A DNA stretch of 64,000 nucleotides from Paraphysomonas bandaiensis (lineage: Eukaryota > Protista > Chrysophyceae): assembly GCA_965644295.1 (NCBI GenBank), contig CBFFRP010000120.1, positions 55,639 through 119,638 of the forward strand, given 5' to 3'. Below the pieces are notes generated by a model. It saw only the letters and a list, made by a program, of their open reading frames with translations, was not told the DNA's origin and ran no database searches. Of this stretch, positions 28,086 through 41,344 are shown piece after piece (within the stretch, counting starts at the first letter, position 1; the number at the start of each line of letters is the position of its first letter). The position numbers and the translations under genes were made by a program.

Positions 28086-29146
28086 ATTTTTAGAGTAACT
28101 ACTATATTATATATATTATGTAAATGAGGTAATATATTTGTCCGTACTAAATTTAACCGATATTCGTACGAAAACTAAAAAGTGCCGTTTGTTCCTTCTA
28201 AGTTACGCTGAGACGTCCCTAATAAATTAGAATGGCATCTAACTATTAAACTTTTTAGACATTTATTTAATTTTCTAACAATTTAAGAATATTATTCGAT
28301 TCTAACTTTAAGATGCTATTTTTAGTTTAGTAGAGGATCACTTGAAATTTTTTAGTTGGTTTAAAAGTGACACCGTCGTATGTAAATGACTTCTCATTGT
28401 TTCAACTCACACCATCCACACCATTTCTTAAATAGACATTCACCGCTCTTCTTATGTCGCATGAACATGTTCATAATAAATTGTATGTTAAGCTCATTTT
28501 AGGAAAAGGTATGAATTATCCTTGAATTTTTAATAGGGTTAGTAGGTTATGAGGTTTTTATTAACCTCAACAGATACCTATTCTTAGTTTTTTGTTTATT
28601 TTATTCCTTCTTATAGAGTGTTGCGTACTTGATGACTTACTAAGGTATTTCATAACAACATTTTTTACAGACTAGTAGCTACAAGCAATAAATAACACCG
28701 ATAAGCGACTAGAATGTATTATTATGAATGTTGGAATTTTGGTGATACAATTATACATTATAACAACGCTCCTACTCAATGGGCACATCAGAGTATATAC
28801 TACGACCGCATGAGAGTTTAATTAACATGATATACATATATCAATGTGTGTTTATGGTGATGATGTAGCTTCTCTTAAGAAAGTTTAGTTTTCATGTTGC
28901 TGTCATCTCTCTGTGTGGGCACATCATGTGTCGGTGATACTTGATTCGAACATATAATATATATAATTCTCAGGGGCTTGGAATAGGTCTATCGAACTCT
29001 TGCTGTTCTTATTCAGGATAGTTGGAGAGTATTAAAGTATTAACTGACCTCAAAATGACAAATAATTCTGATGTCTGTCTTATCCATATACAATATCTGT
29101 AGAGCCATTTAGGCTAGTAGTATGCATACTTAAATTTAAATGAGCA

Positions 29147-29998
29147 CTCAACAAAGTCGGATTTGCACCTTTTCGTGATGTTCTCTATAGGGGATAAGTA
29201 CCGGTAAACTATCGTGAGCCGCAAACATAGACAGCAGATATTATTCTGCTCACTCATACCAAATACTTGTGTAGACGTCTCTTTGGGTCCTGATTAAAAA
29301 ACAGGCATCCGGAAATGGGCCCACGGCATCCGGTGTACTGGGCTGTCAGCTGAAGTCAAACATCCGGGATGTTTACATCATAAGTGTTGGAAATTGGCAT
29401 TGTTAGCAGGTTGATTAAGTAATGAAAGTGATTGAGTGGGCTGAACAATATCTGCTGACTATATTATGCGGCTCGCGCTATTTTCCCGGAGAAATATCTC
29501 CGGTACTTATCCTCCACAACTGTCAGTCAATATATTTCAAGTGTCATTACTACAACAGCTGTTATATTTTTTATAATACAGTCAAATACTACTGTATATG
29601 TTGCGTAATGGTTATAATTCAAACATTCAAGCACCTAGAACTACAGCTTTTAATTGCTCACAAACAGCAAAACTCAATATTGAGGACTCAAAAATTCTGA
29701 AGCCAGCAGATGTAAGGTACATTCTGCTTGATCTAAAATAAAAAATGACACTTCTCATTGTTTCAACTTACACCACCTACACCATTTTTCAAATATTGAC
29801 ACAATTACCCCTCTGCTTCGAGTGATAGAGCGAGAGTGGTTGCACCTTGTGCTTGCGGTGACCCACAAGCAGCATTCGTAGCGATACTACATAGTACGAA
29901 GGATATATATCAGAGTTAAGCACTATAGTTAGTCAAATTGCAATGCTAAATTAGTTCTTTTTCTTAATCGCCTATGACTGCTAACAAAACATTCACTA
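29147..29998 (+). mobile_element. Subfamily B retroposon copy, rearranged and inverted relative to 27600-28085
   Basis: Begins CTCAACAAAGTCGG, as at 41857. Ends with GTGGTTGCACCTTGTGCTTGCGGTGAC...CGCCTATGACTGCTAACAAAACATTCA. Contains an inverted fragment at ~29430-29515. Confidence 0.65.
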
Positions 29999-30799
29999 CT
30001 ACTATATCAAAGTTAAGTACTTATTGACAAAGGGCACCAATACAAACGCAGTGTAAGCGGTTTAGAAACAAGAAAGAAAGTGTTTTTTGAAGCTCAATGA
30101 ATTAAATTATCAAGGAGAGAAGCTCCCTTGGGTATTGGAAGGTAAAAATGTCGCCTAGTCCTTTTCTACGCACCGCTGTTGTTCATTTTTAGTGTTTATA
30201 GCAGCCAACAACACCATATGGGACAAGCTAAGACACAAGGCACAATGTATATTGTATGGCAGTTTTCTTCTTAAGAAATTTGCTGTGATACTGTATTGGT
30301 GTTGTACTAATGCTGTTACAGAGAACACAAACGCCAAAAGAGACTGCTTTAACGATTTAACCTGGGATAATACAAATTCGAAATAGTTTCAACTCATATT
30401 TGAATACAACAGTACGCATATATTTCCTTTACAAGTCGGCACTTTCTGACAGTACAGTTTGTTAATATTATTTAATAAGATAGGTGTTCAGCATATTCAG
30501 CGACTATACTTATACATCTTTACATTTGAAAGGTATGTCGCCAACACAGCCTCGTCGGTATTCGGACCAATAATTGAATATTACATTGTGTATGTACACT
30601 GTTCTACGATTACTGCGGGGTCACAGTGCACATATTCTCAGGATGTGTGTCACTTATGCGAAATGCACAGTGACTGCACATCACTAACATCATCGTACAT
30701 AACTTAAGTCGTGAAATAGTTGACCTTGAATCCATATCTCACTCTTCGCGTATATAATTGAATCTGGCTAACGACCAAAAGTTTTGATTTTATGAGCAG

Positions 30800-33191
30800 C
30801 TACAATGAAAGTAAAAATAATGTACCAAATTTATCATCGTTACCTAGAAGTGCTCGCTCTAAGCATGCAGCAGTACAAGGCTTGATGAATACATCATCTC
30901 CTCCCGCGGCAAAAAAAGACCTTCGCTCTTCGGGCATCGCGTTACCTGTTACAAAAGCAATATATCCTTTATACCCACTCTCTCTAATGAGACGAGTAGC
31001 TTCTACTCCATCCATGACAGGCATGTTAACGTCCATAAAAATAACATCAAATGGATTGCGATTTTGAATGGAATCTTTCACTAAATTGAGTGCTTCTGCA
31101 CCATTTCCAGCTTGTGTGACAGAGTCAACGAATGAAAGCAATGTCCGACACATCATTTTGCGATTTACTGCGGAGTCATCCACTACAAGAACTTGATGAT
31201 TGTCAAGACCGTTAGTTGCAAAGTCTTCGACCAAATTTTGTTTGTGTTGAGAGGTATCACTCTCTCTATTATCAAATACATGTACTCTACGTGAATGTGG
31301 GGAAAAACGTTGCATAATAGACAGATTAGATTGTGCTGACGATGGCGTGACGGGATGACGTTTCTCAATAGCTACTTCAGGCTCCACGCTACATGCCTCG
31401 ATTTCGATGAAGAACACGGACCCCTTGCCAGGGGTAGAAGTAACCCCTATAGTTCCACCGTGGCAATCCATGATGCCCTTGGATATCCAAAGTCCCAGGC
31501 CTGACCCACCACCACCCTGAAGCTCGGCCGCATTGAACTGTACAACTTCACTAAACAGGCGTTTCATGTTATCCTGTTACATAATAACCACAGTCCACAA
31601 TTGTAATGACAGTATTACCTCTGACATACCAGGGCCGCTATCATGCACTTCGATCTTTAGAATGTCCATTGACGAATCAGATGGGCCATTTAATTGCTGA
31701 GGTGTTAATACTTGATCGGAAAAAAACGACCCCCTTGGTTTCAGTGGGGTCGCAATGTGCATCATATTGGCGTAATTATACGAATGGACTTGTCGTTTAG
31801 TGAGAAAGGCATATAGGTCCACCCTGCCTCCGGGGGGAGTAAATTTTAAGGCATTTGATATCAGATTTCGAAGCACTTGGCTGAATTTATTCACATCAAC
31901 GTGAACATGGACATTTTTCATATCTATAGCAGGATCGACATGTGTATCATCACTGTGGTGGAAGGTTATGTCTTTGTGACGGGCCTGAAAAACAATTCTG
32001 TGAGGATATTCCTATACCAGTGCAACAGCGCAGATGTTACACCTATTAAAGCACCTGTATATCAAAGGGATCCACCACAGTATAAAGTAGTTGTCTGACT
32101 GAAACATCCCTACGATCGAGTTTTAGGGTTCCATCTTCAATTTTATTCACCACAAGAAAGTCGTCAAGGATCTCTGTGGCAATACGACAGGATACGTCAA
32201 TATCCTTGACTATTTCGATCACATCAGAGAAGCACTTCTCAGCTGAGGCAGACATTCGGTTGGATAGTAATTGAATTCCCATACGGACAGTGTTGAGTGG
32301 TGTCCTGATTTCATGAGAAATGTAACTAACAAAATCTCTCTTGGATTGCAAATTGTGCTGTTAAACAAATATTACGTCGTATCATATCTAGAGTTGGCAA
32401 CTTACTTCTGCCATGGATTTTTCGTATCTGGCGAGACGACCTGGGATGATTGTGGCGAGTATACACACAAAGATGTCCACCACGATAGCATACGTAGGGT
32501 GCTGAAACGCAAATATGACAAGATACTTAAACAAGTAGCCAACGACAGGTAATCCTGCATAAAATGTCTGAACCCAAAGTGAACTATTTTTTGTATAGCT
32601 CAAAAACCGTTGAATGCATATTACAAACAGTATAACGTGTGAGAGTGTATCAGTCACTACAGTTGCGTGTATCCAGGCAACATTAACCAAGGGTGCACTG
32701 AATATAAACCACAATCTCGTTTGAAGTTGAAACACTGTGAGTGCGGATATAAACACCACAGCAGTTCTTGTTGACGAGGCGCAGTTCTCATGCAGTAGAT
32801 AACATAATAACGTACCCCTCAATAAAAACTCACGACATAATATGCAACATATCCCGATCGAAGCATTTCTCGGGGTGATCTTTTGAGTCGCAATATAACA
32901 TATGACATTAGGAACTATAAGAGAGAAAACTATCATCCATTGAGGGAATGTGACTTTGAATGATAGATTATAATCCAATATCGTATCAAATAATAGAGGT
33001 AAAGCAGCAGATAGTGCCATTAATATCAATACATGATATTCATGCCAATGAAATCGTGAATGAGGATCAAAGTAACTGACATCTGCCTCATTTGATGAAA
33101 AAAGTAGTGGAAAGAATGATGTGATACTGATAATTAAGATACATAAGAGGAATAACTCTTTCATGTGTTGATTGCTTAGTATACTTGTCAT
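30800..33191 (-). CDS. Membrane-bound hybrid sensor histidine kinase (TM sensor-HisKA-HATPase-receiver), 4 exons
   Basis: Multi-TM N-terminus. H-box FVSYISHEIRTPLN, N-box RNLISNALKFT, G1 DSGPG, G2 GSGLGLWISKGI. Receiver VVDDS, DVIFMDVNMPVMDG, VTGN, FIKP. Confidence 0.92.
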
Positions 33192-34744
33192 ATATATATA
33201 TATATGCCTGTGGCTTGATTTCTATATAGATCTGCTTGTAATCTTCTCCTTCACACTCTTCTTTTCAACTCTGATCATTCACATAATAACAACAAAGCCA
33301 TTTGATCATTCATTTGATCTCTTGTATCATAATCTTTCAGTAATAATAATGACTAACCATCATATGGATATACAGGCATCTGTATGTACCTCTTCATATA
33401 TATATATACGCTGATCTTCTATATAATATTCGCTTACTCGAAGTTGTATTCTGAAGTCCGGAAGTTGTAAGTAAAACTACAGAAAGTACGCAGGAAAATA
33501 GATACTATGAGTGTGACGTACATCTACCATCCATATAGTTATATAGAGGAGATATAGGTATACGCACAGAGTGTATCATACAGCAGTTTAGCAGTTTACT
33601 GTATACCGGTATACATTGTGACCTACAGACATGTCTTTTTTTTAGTTACTTTTTATGGTTTAATTTCTGAAAAATATGACAATAATGTAATTTTGTCTCC
33701 TATATTAACCTATGATACTTGCGTTGAATCCATTTTTGTCTTTGTCATAAAAAATATTCTCATGATATTGCTTTGCCAGTTACGTCTATATCTTATGCAG
33801 TCATTGGCTGTATCATGCATCTCAACTGTCATATCATTGACAGTATAGATACAATACACTATCTACTCCATTGAACAGAATGTTATCATGCTTACAGTGA
33901 TATGTATATACTTCTCATTGCAATAATGAGCTCGATTGAATTATGCAGCCATATACTATGCTGATACCTGCTCATCTTAGCTCACTATGCTCGTATTATA
34001 AGTACGAGAGCACTATACAAGATCCATCAACTACTGTGCAGTGGTGCTGCAACTGATATTTAGCAGTTTCGAAAGAGAGGTGGGAAAAAGTTGTGTAGCG
34101 CTGTGGCGTTCAATTATGATTTTGATGCTCACTATCCTGCTGAACCAAACATGGCTGTATACTTGGGAGGCTCAGAATTGCTGGCTGGTCTATTGTCAGT
34201 GCTCAAGATGGATGTCTGGTCCATGCTGCTGGAACAAGCTGAACTTATATGGGCTACGTCAGGAAGAGTGAGACCTCTCGCCAGTGATATCTATTGTGTA
34301 TACTATTATTACATATATGCTTGCATCTACACCACAATATGTCTTGCACTGCTTGCCATCATGGTATCTATATTGCATTAGTGCTATGAATGTATCACCT
34401 ATACCACCCACATCACACACACATGACATACATTATACACCTTATCCATTATTGCATACATAATATTACGCTTCACACATACAACACTGTATGCGGCATT
34501 GGAATTAGATATCAATGTAGTGCATTCATGTTCATTCATACCTTCTGCTATCTCTATACGTATGCGTATTTTCATCTATGTCCATAATTACACTCTTCTT
34601 ACCATCCATACTATAGCAATATTGTACACGTGCTTGTATAAAATCCAAGTCTTGTCATAAGCACGTGTACAATATTGCTATAGTATGGATGGTAATAAGA
34701 GTGTAATGATGGACATACAAGCATAGTCTGTATGTATGATATTG

Positions 34745-35004
34745 TTCTGCCCACTCATAGCCAAATGCTGTTGTGGTACAAGGGAAACGAATAAGTATTA
34801 CTTGTGTAGAAGTCTTTGAGCCTTGACGAATAAACAGGCATCCGGGAAGGGCATCCGGGGAATTGGGCTGTCTGCTGAAGTCAAGCATTCGGGCTAGTTC
34901 ATCTTAAAGACTGAGAGCGAAATTGGTTTTACCTTGGTGCTTGCGGTGACGAACAAGTAGCTTTCGTGGTGTTACATAGTAGGATATCAGAGTTAAGCAC
35001 TAGC
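34745..35004 (+). mobile_element. Subfamily B retroposon fragment; the rest of the tail lies at ~35300-35395
   Basis: GCCCACTCATAGCCAAATGCTGTTGTGGTACAAGGG...CTGAAGTCAAGCA is followed by CCTTGGTGCTTGCGGTGACG. ATAGTAGGATATCAGAGTTAAGCACTAG recurs at ~35310 and is followed by CGCCTATTGCTAATA. Confidence 0.65.
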
Positions 35005-35491
35005 TTTTTATTCACTTTTTCGCTCAGTTATTTTCTTGAACCAACCTGCAAAATGTCTATTTCTTGCAACCAGGACTGAGTAACCATTAATTGTCACGCA
35101 GCCCTGCTTTAACGTATCCATCTCCATAAGAAGGATATTTTAGTATCTTTCTAGGGACGCTGAAACTATCTACTCTTTAGTATAACATTACTTCTATCAC
35201 AACTTTCGGTTAGGGTGTAAACCTATAACTTATATTGGTTTCACTGATATCACATTTTTGACTAAATACTTTTTCCTTTTAGTAATAAGTATGCTACATG
35301 TTACGCTAAATAGTAGGATATCAGAGTTAAGCACTAGATACATTATTTTTTACTCTTACACGCCTATTGCTAATAGTCAGAATCAGACATTCACTACTAT
35401 ATAAAATGATAGTTGTGTTGAATATAAAAGAAAGGGAAATTTTATAATTTAGTCTATGATCTTGTCGTCGTTTCGTGTGTGTACTACACAC

Positions 35492-36901
35492 CAGGGATAG
35501 GGAACAATATATTGTATTGCAATATATTGTACAATATATTGCAATATATTGTAAAATATATTGATTGGTGGACTGGTCAAATATTCCATCAATAGTGTTT
35601 CTGTTAATAGAGCTCACAATACTATTGCAATATATTGCAATCAATATTATGATAGTCATATAAGAGAAGATCCTCAACTGTATGGTGCAAAATATACGCC
35701 TCTGTATACAAATATCCGGAAAATAAGAAAAAAAGCCTATTTTTGATGTTATTTTCTATTTTTTATGTATCGCCAGCTCAAACAGCACTCTACACCTCTC
35801 CACATGTATGTACAGTACTTCTCTTAATATAGTATATATATCCTATAGTGACAAGAAGAGACAACTGAATGATGAGTGCATACAAGAGTAGGGACATTTA
35901 CCGCTGTTTTTGGAGTCCGGTCGAAGGTGTCCCGAACAAACACGAGTGTAAAATCTGCGGACGTAAACGACAACAGAATATTCGGAATGGATACAACAAT
36001 CTAAAGGATCACACTTTCTCTCATGATGTGTGGGAGGAGACATTGAAGAGGTATTTACGGGCTGTCTGCACCAATGGTCCCATGGATGCTTTTGTTCTGC
36101 AGCCTTCAGACAAGGCGAAAACAATTTATGAGTGGGTGGAGTGGATTGTCGAGGAAAATCTTCCATTAAATTTCTGTGAGAAGAAATTAACTAGAAATAA
36201 GACTTCTTTGGGTAAGATAACTACAAAAACACTGAAAAAATATATGAGACTGTTGGAACTGAAGCTACGTGATATGATTAAAGATATATTACCACCAACA
36301 TTTGGTCTAGTCATGGACGGTTGGACGTCGGACTCCCACCACTACAGTGCAATATTTGCAACCTTTTGCGACCGAACCAATACTCCGAATTTGTTATTGT
36401 TGTCTTGTAATGTGCAAGAGGATATTGATGACAACACTGTTTTCGATGAAGATCTACCTGATGAAGAGAAATTCTAACTGATTATATCAGTGTTGCGCAA
36501 ACGTATGCATCCTACTACACTTAATATGCTGTTGTTTCTGAAAGCTAACCGACAGTTGTGGCCGGATGCAAGCATATTTCAATCAATATTGAATGAATAT
36601 GGTGATGATGATGTCACCGATGATGGCTCAGAGGATGAGTATGAGGAAACTTTTAATTAGTTAAGAGTAGTGGGTTTGATTATCAAGTGACCTTAGACCT
36701 TATAAAATATGGCAAGTACTAAAAATGAAAACTACGGATGTGTTTACTTACTGATTAGTCATACTAATATATTGCAATATATTGTACAATATATTGCAAT
36801 ATATTGCAATAGTATTGTAGGGCCGGTTTAAAAAATCCATCAATACTATTGATGGAACGCTACCTAACAATAGTATTGCAATATATTGTTCCCTATCCCT
36901 G
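35492..36901 (+). mobile_element. hAT DNA transposon, internally deleted (Ds-like)
   Basis: Perfect 23-bp TIR CAGGGATAGGGAACAATATATTG. 8-bp TSD CTACACAC (35484-35491 and 36902-36909). Subterminal CAATATATTG palindromes. Confidence 0.95.
35869..36657 (+). pseudogene. Truncated hAT transposase
   Basis: BED-finger CKIC..NLKDH..H and first catalytic Asp LVMDGWT, then a stop at 36477. A C-terminal fragment RKRMHPTTLNMLLFLKANRQLW follows, so the central catalytic region is missing. Confidence 0.85.
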
Positions 36902-37446
36902 CTACACACCAGCTAGCTACACACTGGGTTAAGTGCAATATTGTGTGTGCTTTTCCCACCTCAAGAGGGATTATACATTGTACACATGAAGAAAAAACTG
37001 GATATGCAGATAAACTATTAGTGCTGGTTATTGCTACTCGATAACATCACAATTTTAATAACCTTCCAAAGGTATTTCAACACATAGACTGTCGTCAAAC
37101 CTCGTTTCAAACATCTTCATTCGGTTATTTCATGATACTTAGTTTAAAGTCATGCAATATAACATTTAGCTGATCTATTACACAAACAGTTATAAACCAA
37201 AGTTTTCAATTTTATGCAAAACTCAAAATATGCTGTGAGCTTTTATACGCTCTCTTTCATCACAACAAGCATTGCTCTCTAGTACATACAATTTTCGCGC
37301 AAAGTCAAAAGTTCAGAATACCATGGTCAACAAATACTATAATTGCCATAAGCTAGATATGTGCTCGAAGAATGAAGTCAATAGCGACTTATGCCTAATA
37401 GCAAAGATTATGAAGCGTTCCTAAGTAGAACATATCGTGCTTCGCA

Positions 37447-39267
37447 CTACTGATGTGTGTATACACAAACATTAACATTGTTATCATCACCCAGTAATTT
37501 CGTTGATTCGCTCACCGCCACACCACAAGATCCAGGAATAGCACACGGAGAGTGTATAGATACAGTCGCACAACTACTCGATTCCTTATCAGGGCACCAC
37601 TCTACAACATTTCTAGTCCACCTCAAATGGCCACAAAATGTGGTATCGATGGTATCTGCAGAAGCAGCAGAACGACCGGTGCCCATACCGAGAAAAATGG
37701 TACGTTTAAGGTGCACCCGTTCAGCCCGTAACCCTCCAGTTAGAATTCCCCGATGAATCCTAATATGATCATAATAGGAACTGGACAGGGTCCCTACTAC
37801 GTAGACATGTTGGTCTAGGGCATGCCACCGACGAATCGCATCTTCGTCCTTCACTAGCACTAAGTTTCCCCAGTCACCACGATGTCCTGTCCTCGGTGAA
37901 GAAATGACACAATATATACCAATATCTCCTCCTTGCTGGAAGAGTATACTGTTCAACTCATGGTCAGCTGCCCATACTTTTTCTCGCACATCTCGTAGCT
38001 CTTTGTCAGTGAAAGTGGGAGAAACATTATGCGACAGATGGTCGCTATTGCAGCTGTTTGTTTCCTTTTCAGTCGACGGCGAGGTCGTGGTAGCAGCTCT
38101 TAGAGCCCCCATGAAGCACACAAACATAGGGTCGTTTTCGAGTTCACCGGCCCGGCAACACTGTAACAAATACTGAAGCCCCTGCAGAGATGGAAACACA
38201 CCGCGTGCACTGCCTCCGTCAGGCAGTGGGATCCAAACATATCGACCAACAAGAGATAAAAGATCCTCCGCATGCTGCTCGAGGTAGTTGGCCAAAGTGT
38301 GTTTGATACAACTTACAAATTGAAAATCAGTTTTCGGCCAAGTTTGGTCGTAAACGTTTGACAGATGCTCCACAGTGACTGCATTTATCAGGTCTTCTCG
38401 TCCTGACGAGATAATGTCGTCTATATTTTTGAGTATGCATGACGCTGTCTCAATGAGAGCAGATATAGCATCTGTGTAAGCGCACAAATCAAACTCTCCC
38501 GACATATCAATGTCGCGTAGACACATCGCATCACGGGCCTCCTCGAGGGACGGGTCTCTCAAAGCACTACTCAATCCACCCTGAAGCCCTTCCACAAGAG
38601 CATTTGCTGCATCAGACTGAGTTACAAACGGAAGAGCGGGAGCTGATGGGGTCCAACCGACCACTTTGAGTGCCTGTGTTAGAGACGGACAGTGTCGCTG
38701 AGCCAGAGCATAAGACACACAGTCCACGGCCGCAAGGTCAGCTACTCCTTCACGAACTGCAACCATACTACCCATATGGGACGACGTAATCACAACTTTC
38801 GACACGATGTCGTTAAAACATTTATCCTGTCCTCGAGTAGCTTCAGCAATAGCTGCTACAAGCATCAACCACCCACTGCACGAGTCCAGTGAGTTAACGG
38901 CAACAACAATGCGACCAGATGATAGAATATCCACTAAGCTCATATGAGTATTGGATGCAGATGACACGATCGCAGAGGAATAGAATGATCCTTTGCAACC
39001 TTGTGCTGTATACACAGGTGTCCCGATAACCCTTAACTGTGAAGAGTACTTCTTGACAAGAGGAAGCCCACAAGTTTGAGAAAACACAAGTCGCTTATTA
39101 GCTGTCCACATCTCATGACAAGACAAAGATCGATTAAGATGTTCGGGAGTTTCAATGGGAAGTGCTTCGCGGTGAACATAGGTCCAAAATGTGTCGGAAT
39201 ACTCATCAGGTATGAAGCAATCGTACATCGGAAGTGAAGCTATCATCTTATCACTGAATTCTGCCAT
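37447..39267 (-). CDS. PhnD/SsuA-type periplasmic-binding-fold domain fused to a putative dimeric alpha/beta-barrel domain
   Basis: Intronless. N-half ASLPMYD, SQTCGLPL, YSSAIV, AVNSLDSCSGW, SHMGSMVAVREGVADLAAVDCVSY, TPSAPALPFVT. C-half ADHEL..WGNLVL..W..H..YYDHIRIHRGIL. Confidence 0.75.
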   Translation of the reverse strand: MAEFSDKMIASLPMYDCFIPDEYSDTFWTYVHREALPIETPEHLNRSLSCHEMWTANKRLVFSQTCGLPLVKKYSSQLRVIGTPVYTAQGCKGSFYSSAIVSSASNTHMSLVDILSSGRIVVAVNSLDSCSGWLMLVAAIAEATRGQDKCFNDIVSKVVITSSHMGSMVAVREGVADLAAVDCVSYALAQRHCPSLTQALKVVGWTPSAPALPFVTQSDAANALVEGLQGGLSSALRDPSLEEARDAMCLRDIDMSGEFDLCAYTDAISALIETASCILKNIDDIISSGREDLINAVTVEHLSNVYDQTWPKTDFQFVSCIKHTLANYLEQHAEDLLSLVGRYVWIPLPDGGSARGVFPSLQGLQYLLQCCRAGELENDPMFVCFMGALRAATTTSPSTEKETNSCNSDHLSHNVSPTFTDKELRDVREKVWAADHELNSILFQQGGDIGIYCVISSPRTGHRGDWGNLVLVKDEDAIRRWHALDQHVYVVGTLSSSYYDHIRIHRGILTGGLRAERVHLKRTIFLGMGTGRSAASADTIDTTFCGHLRWTRNVVEWCPDKESSSCATVSIHSPCAIPGSCGVAVSESTKLLGDDNNVNVCVYTHQ

Positions 39268-39973
39268 AGTAGTACTTATCACGAATAACAATTGGTAACT
39301 AATGGATGATTTGCTATAGGAACGATAATTTCACCTGTTACAGACCCTTTACAGAGGTAATAATGTCCACAACAATGCACAATAAGAATATAAGAGCATG
39401 CATATCATGTGCGTCCATTGAATTTCTGCTGTTTACAGTTACAGTAGTCTTGCGTTATACGCTACCCCCTACTGCTATACTTACCCCTTCTAGAATCATT
39501 GACTTCTAAATCTCAATATGCTGTCCAAAGTAGAAAATCCCTAACTTATAGGCGTAAAACCCTATAAATCCTCCTTCCAAGGTCTAGAAAACCCCATTCA
39601 GCAGGTATGACGGTATTCCCAAATACCACCGTCAGTGAAGGGTTCTATTGGAATGAAAACTGAAAATCCATTCAAGATATGGTAAATGAATGGCATGGAA
39701 TCGTACGTGTGTTCTATTCTGATTCAACACTACCAAAAAATCTTCCATTACATGCGTATGTATATATATATGTAGGAACAAAAAAAAACACACACACACA
39801 CACACACACAGCTATCTCTATGTATATGTACGTAGGGATCACTAGTGGAAGGAGTTCAGTATGGATGTAATCGTTAATGTGGATCACCATATCTATAAAG
39901 TAGGAACATCTTCAATGCAGTGTAATTGAATTACTTCCCATCATCTAATTGTGATACGAAGAATATTATAGGC

Positions 39974-40741
39974 ATGTCATTTCCTAATCTTGATGATAGT
40001 TACCTTCAATTTGTAGCGGGTTTATTGGATGACACGGATCCAAATCCAGTTATGAAACAACCAGATGAACCAGATGACTGTAAGTATATAGAATCCATAT
40101 ACTCATATATATTGATTTGTTTTTTTATAGTTTTACCATCACATGCAGAGTTTTTTGGTGTACGTGATCGTGCATTTAGTTGGGATTTAGGTTTTGAAGA
40201 GCAAATACATGCTGATGCTATGATAGCTGCTGAACAAATGAAGACATCATATAACAGAAAACGTGCAAATTCAAAGATAGATATTAAGAATATATTGGAA
40301 CCAGATGAGAAGAAAGTTATAGTCCCTGAGGTCCGGGAACCGTCGTCCAAGAAGAGTTGCAACGAAGATGTAGTTGCTAAAGTGCAGCTTGAAAGTGGTA
40401 GTGGTGTGACCACAGTAATGCCCACATGCGGAAGTAGTAGCTTGGAAACCCCAGAAACCCCAGATACCTTTAAAATAGGAGCGTACACGAAACTGGAGCG
40501 GCGTGCGTTGATTGAGAAGTTCCGAGCGAAAAAGAAGCGCCGTGTGTGGCGAAAACAAATCAAATACGACTGCAGAAAAAGACTCGCTGACACCCGCCCA
40601 AGGGTGAAAGGCAGGTTTGTGTCTAGGAAAGAAAAAGATTTGTGCTCCGACGCTGATAGTGAGTCCACCCACAATGGGGACGTAGATATGCTGGAAATGG
40701 GGGCGTATGATGACGACTCCATGCACAGCCCCTCCTCGTAG
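39974..40741 (+). CDS. CCT-domain protein
   Basis: IGAYTKLERRALIEKFRAKKKRRVWRKQIKYDCRKRLADTRPRVKGRFV. Probable in-frame 51-nt GT-AG intron at 40080-40130. Confidence 0.9.
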   Translation: MSFPNLDDSYLQFVAGLLDDTDPNPVMKQPDEPDDCKYIESIYSYILICFFIVLPSHAEFFGVRDRAFSWDLGFEEQIHADAMIAAEQMKTSYNRKRANSKIDIKNILEPDEKKVIVPEVREPSSKKSCNEDVVAKVQLESGSGVTTVMPTCGSSSLETPETPDTFKIGAYTKLERRALIEKFRAKKKRRVWRKQIKYDCRKRLADTRPRVKGRFVSRKEKDLCSDADSESTHNGDVDMLEMGAYDDDSMHSPSS

Positions 40742-41344
40742 GTGTGAGTCAACCAATCGTCGGAACACATCCACGATTAAAACCTAATAGCATGGACAGG
40801 GTAGTTAGAAACCGATGGGGATGTGTGTTTGTTCCACTAATGATTATCGCACGTGCTGTTGCGACATGTACGTTTATATTAACTTGTTATGATAGTATTG
40901 CGCGATCAATGAATGCATATGCAATTGCTTGAATAGCTCCCCAAAGCAGTGTTTCGAATTCAAACTATTATTTCTTCTACTTTAATAATTCTTATGATTG
41001 TTATCAATATTGTCGTTGACCCGCTATCTTAGCGCTCTTTTTAATTTGTTACTGCGTTACTGCTAATAATATTGCAATTATTTACTAGCAAGCCCTTATG
41101 ACACTTCCAATAGTTACTACATTCTAAATCTAGTAATTCATCGATCATCAATTATTTGTCACTGAATTGTTGTAATACTTTTTCAATTGAATTGCAACGA
41201 TTATTTGATATAGTTGAGTATAGCAATTTGAACAAATAGAAGCTGCATTTAAGGATTCTAAATTATAACCGCTACTTGAATACTACAGTAGTTAGAGACA
41301 TTGTTATACAAAATTTAATGGCATACTATATGAGATAGTTTAGA

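Noticed and set aside
33900-34400. Possible small gene (ORFs 34041-34381); similar GC-richer patches at 400-720 and 47520-47900
   Set aside because: No recognisable motif or consistent exon structure.
40006-40774. Long antisense ORFs over the CCT gene
   Set aside because: No motifs; explained as shadows of the sense CDS.
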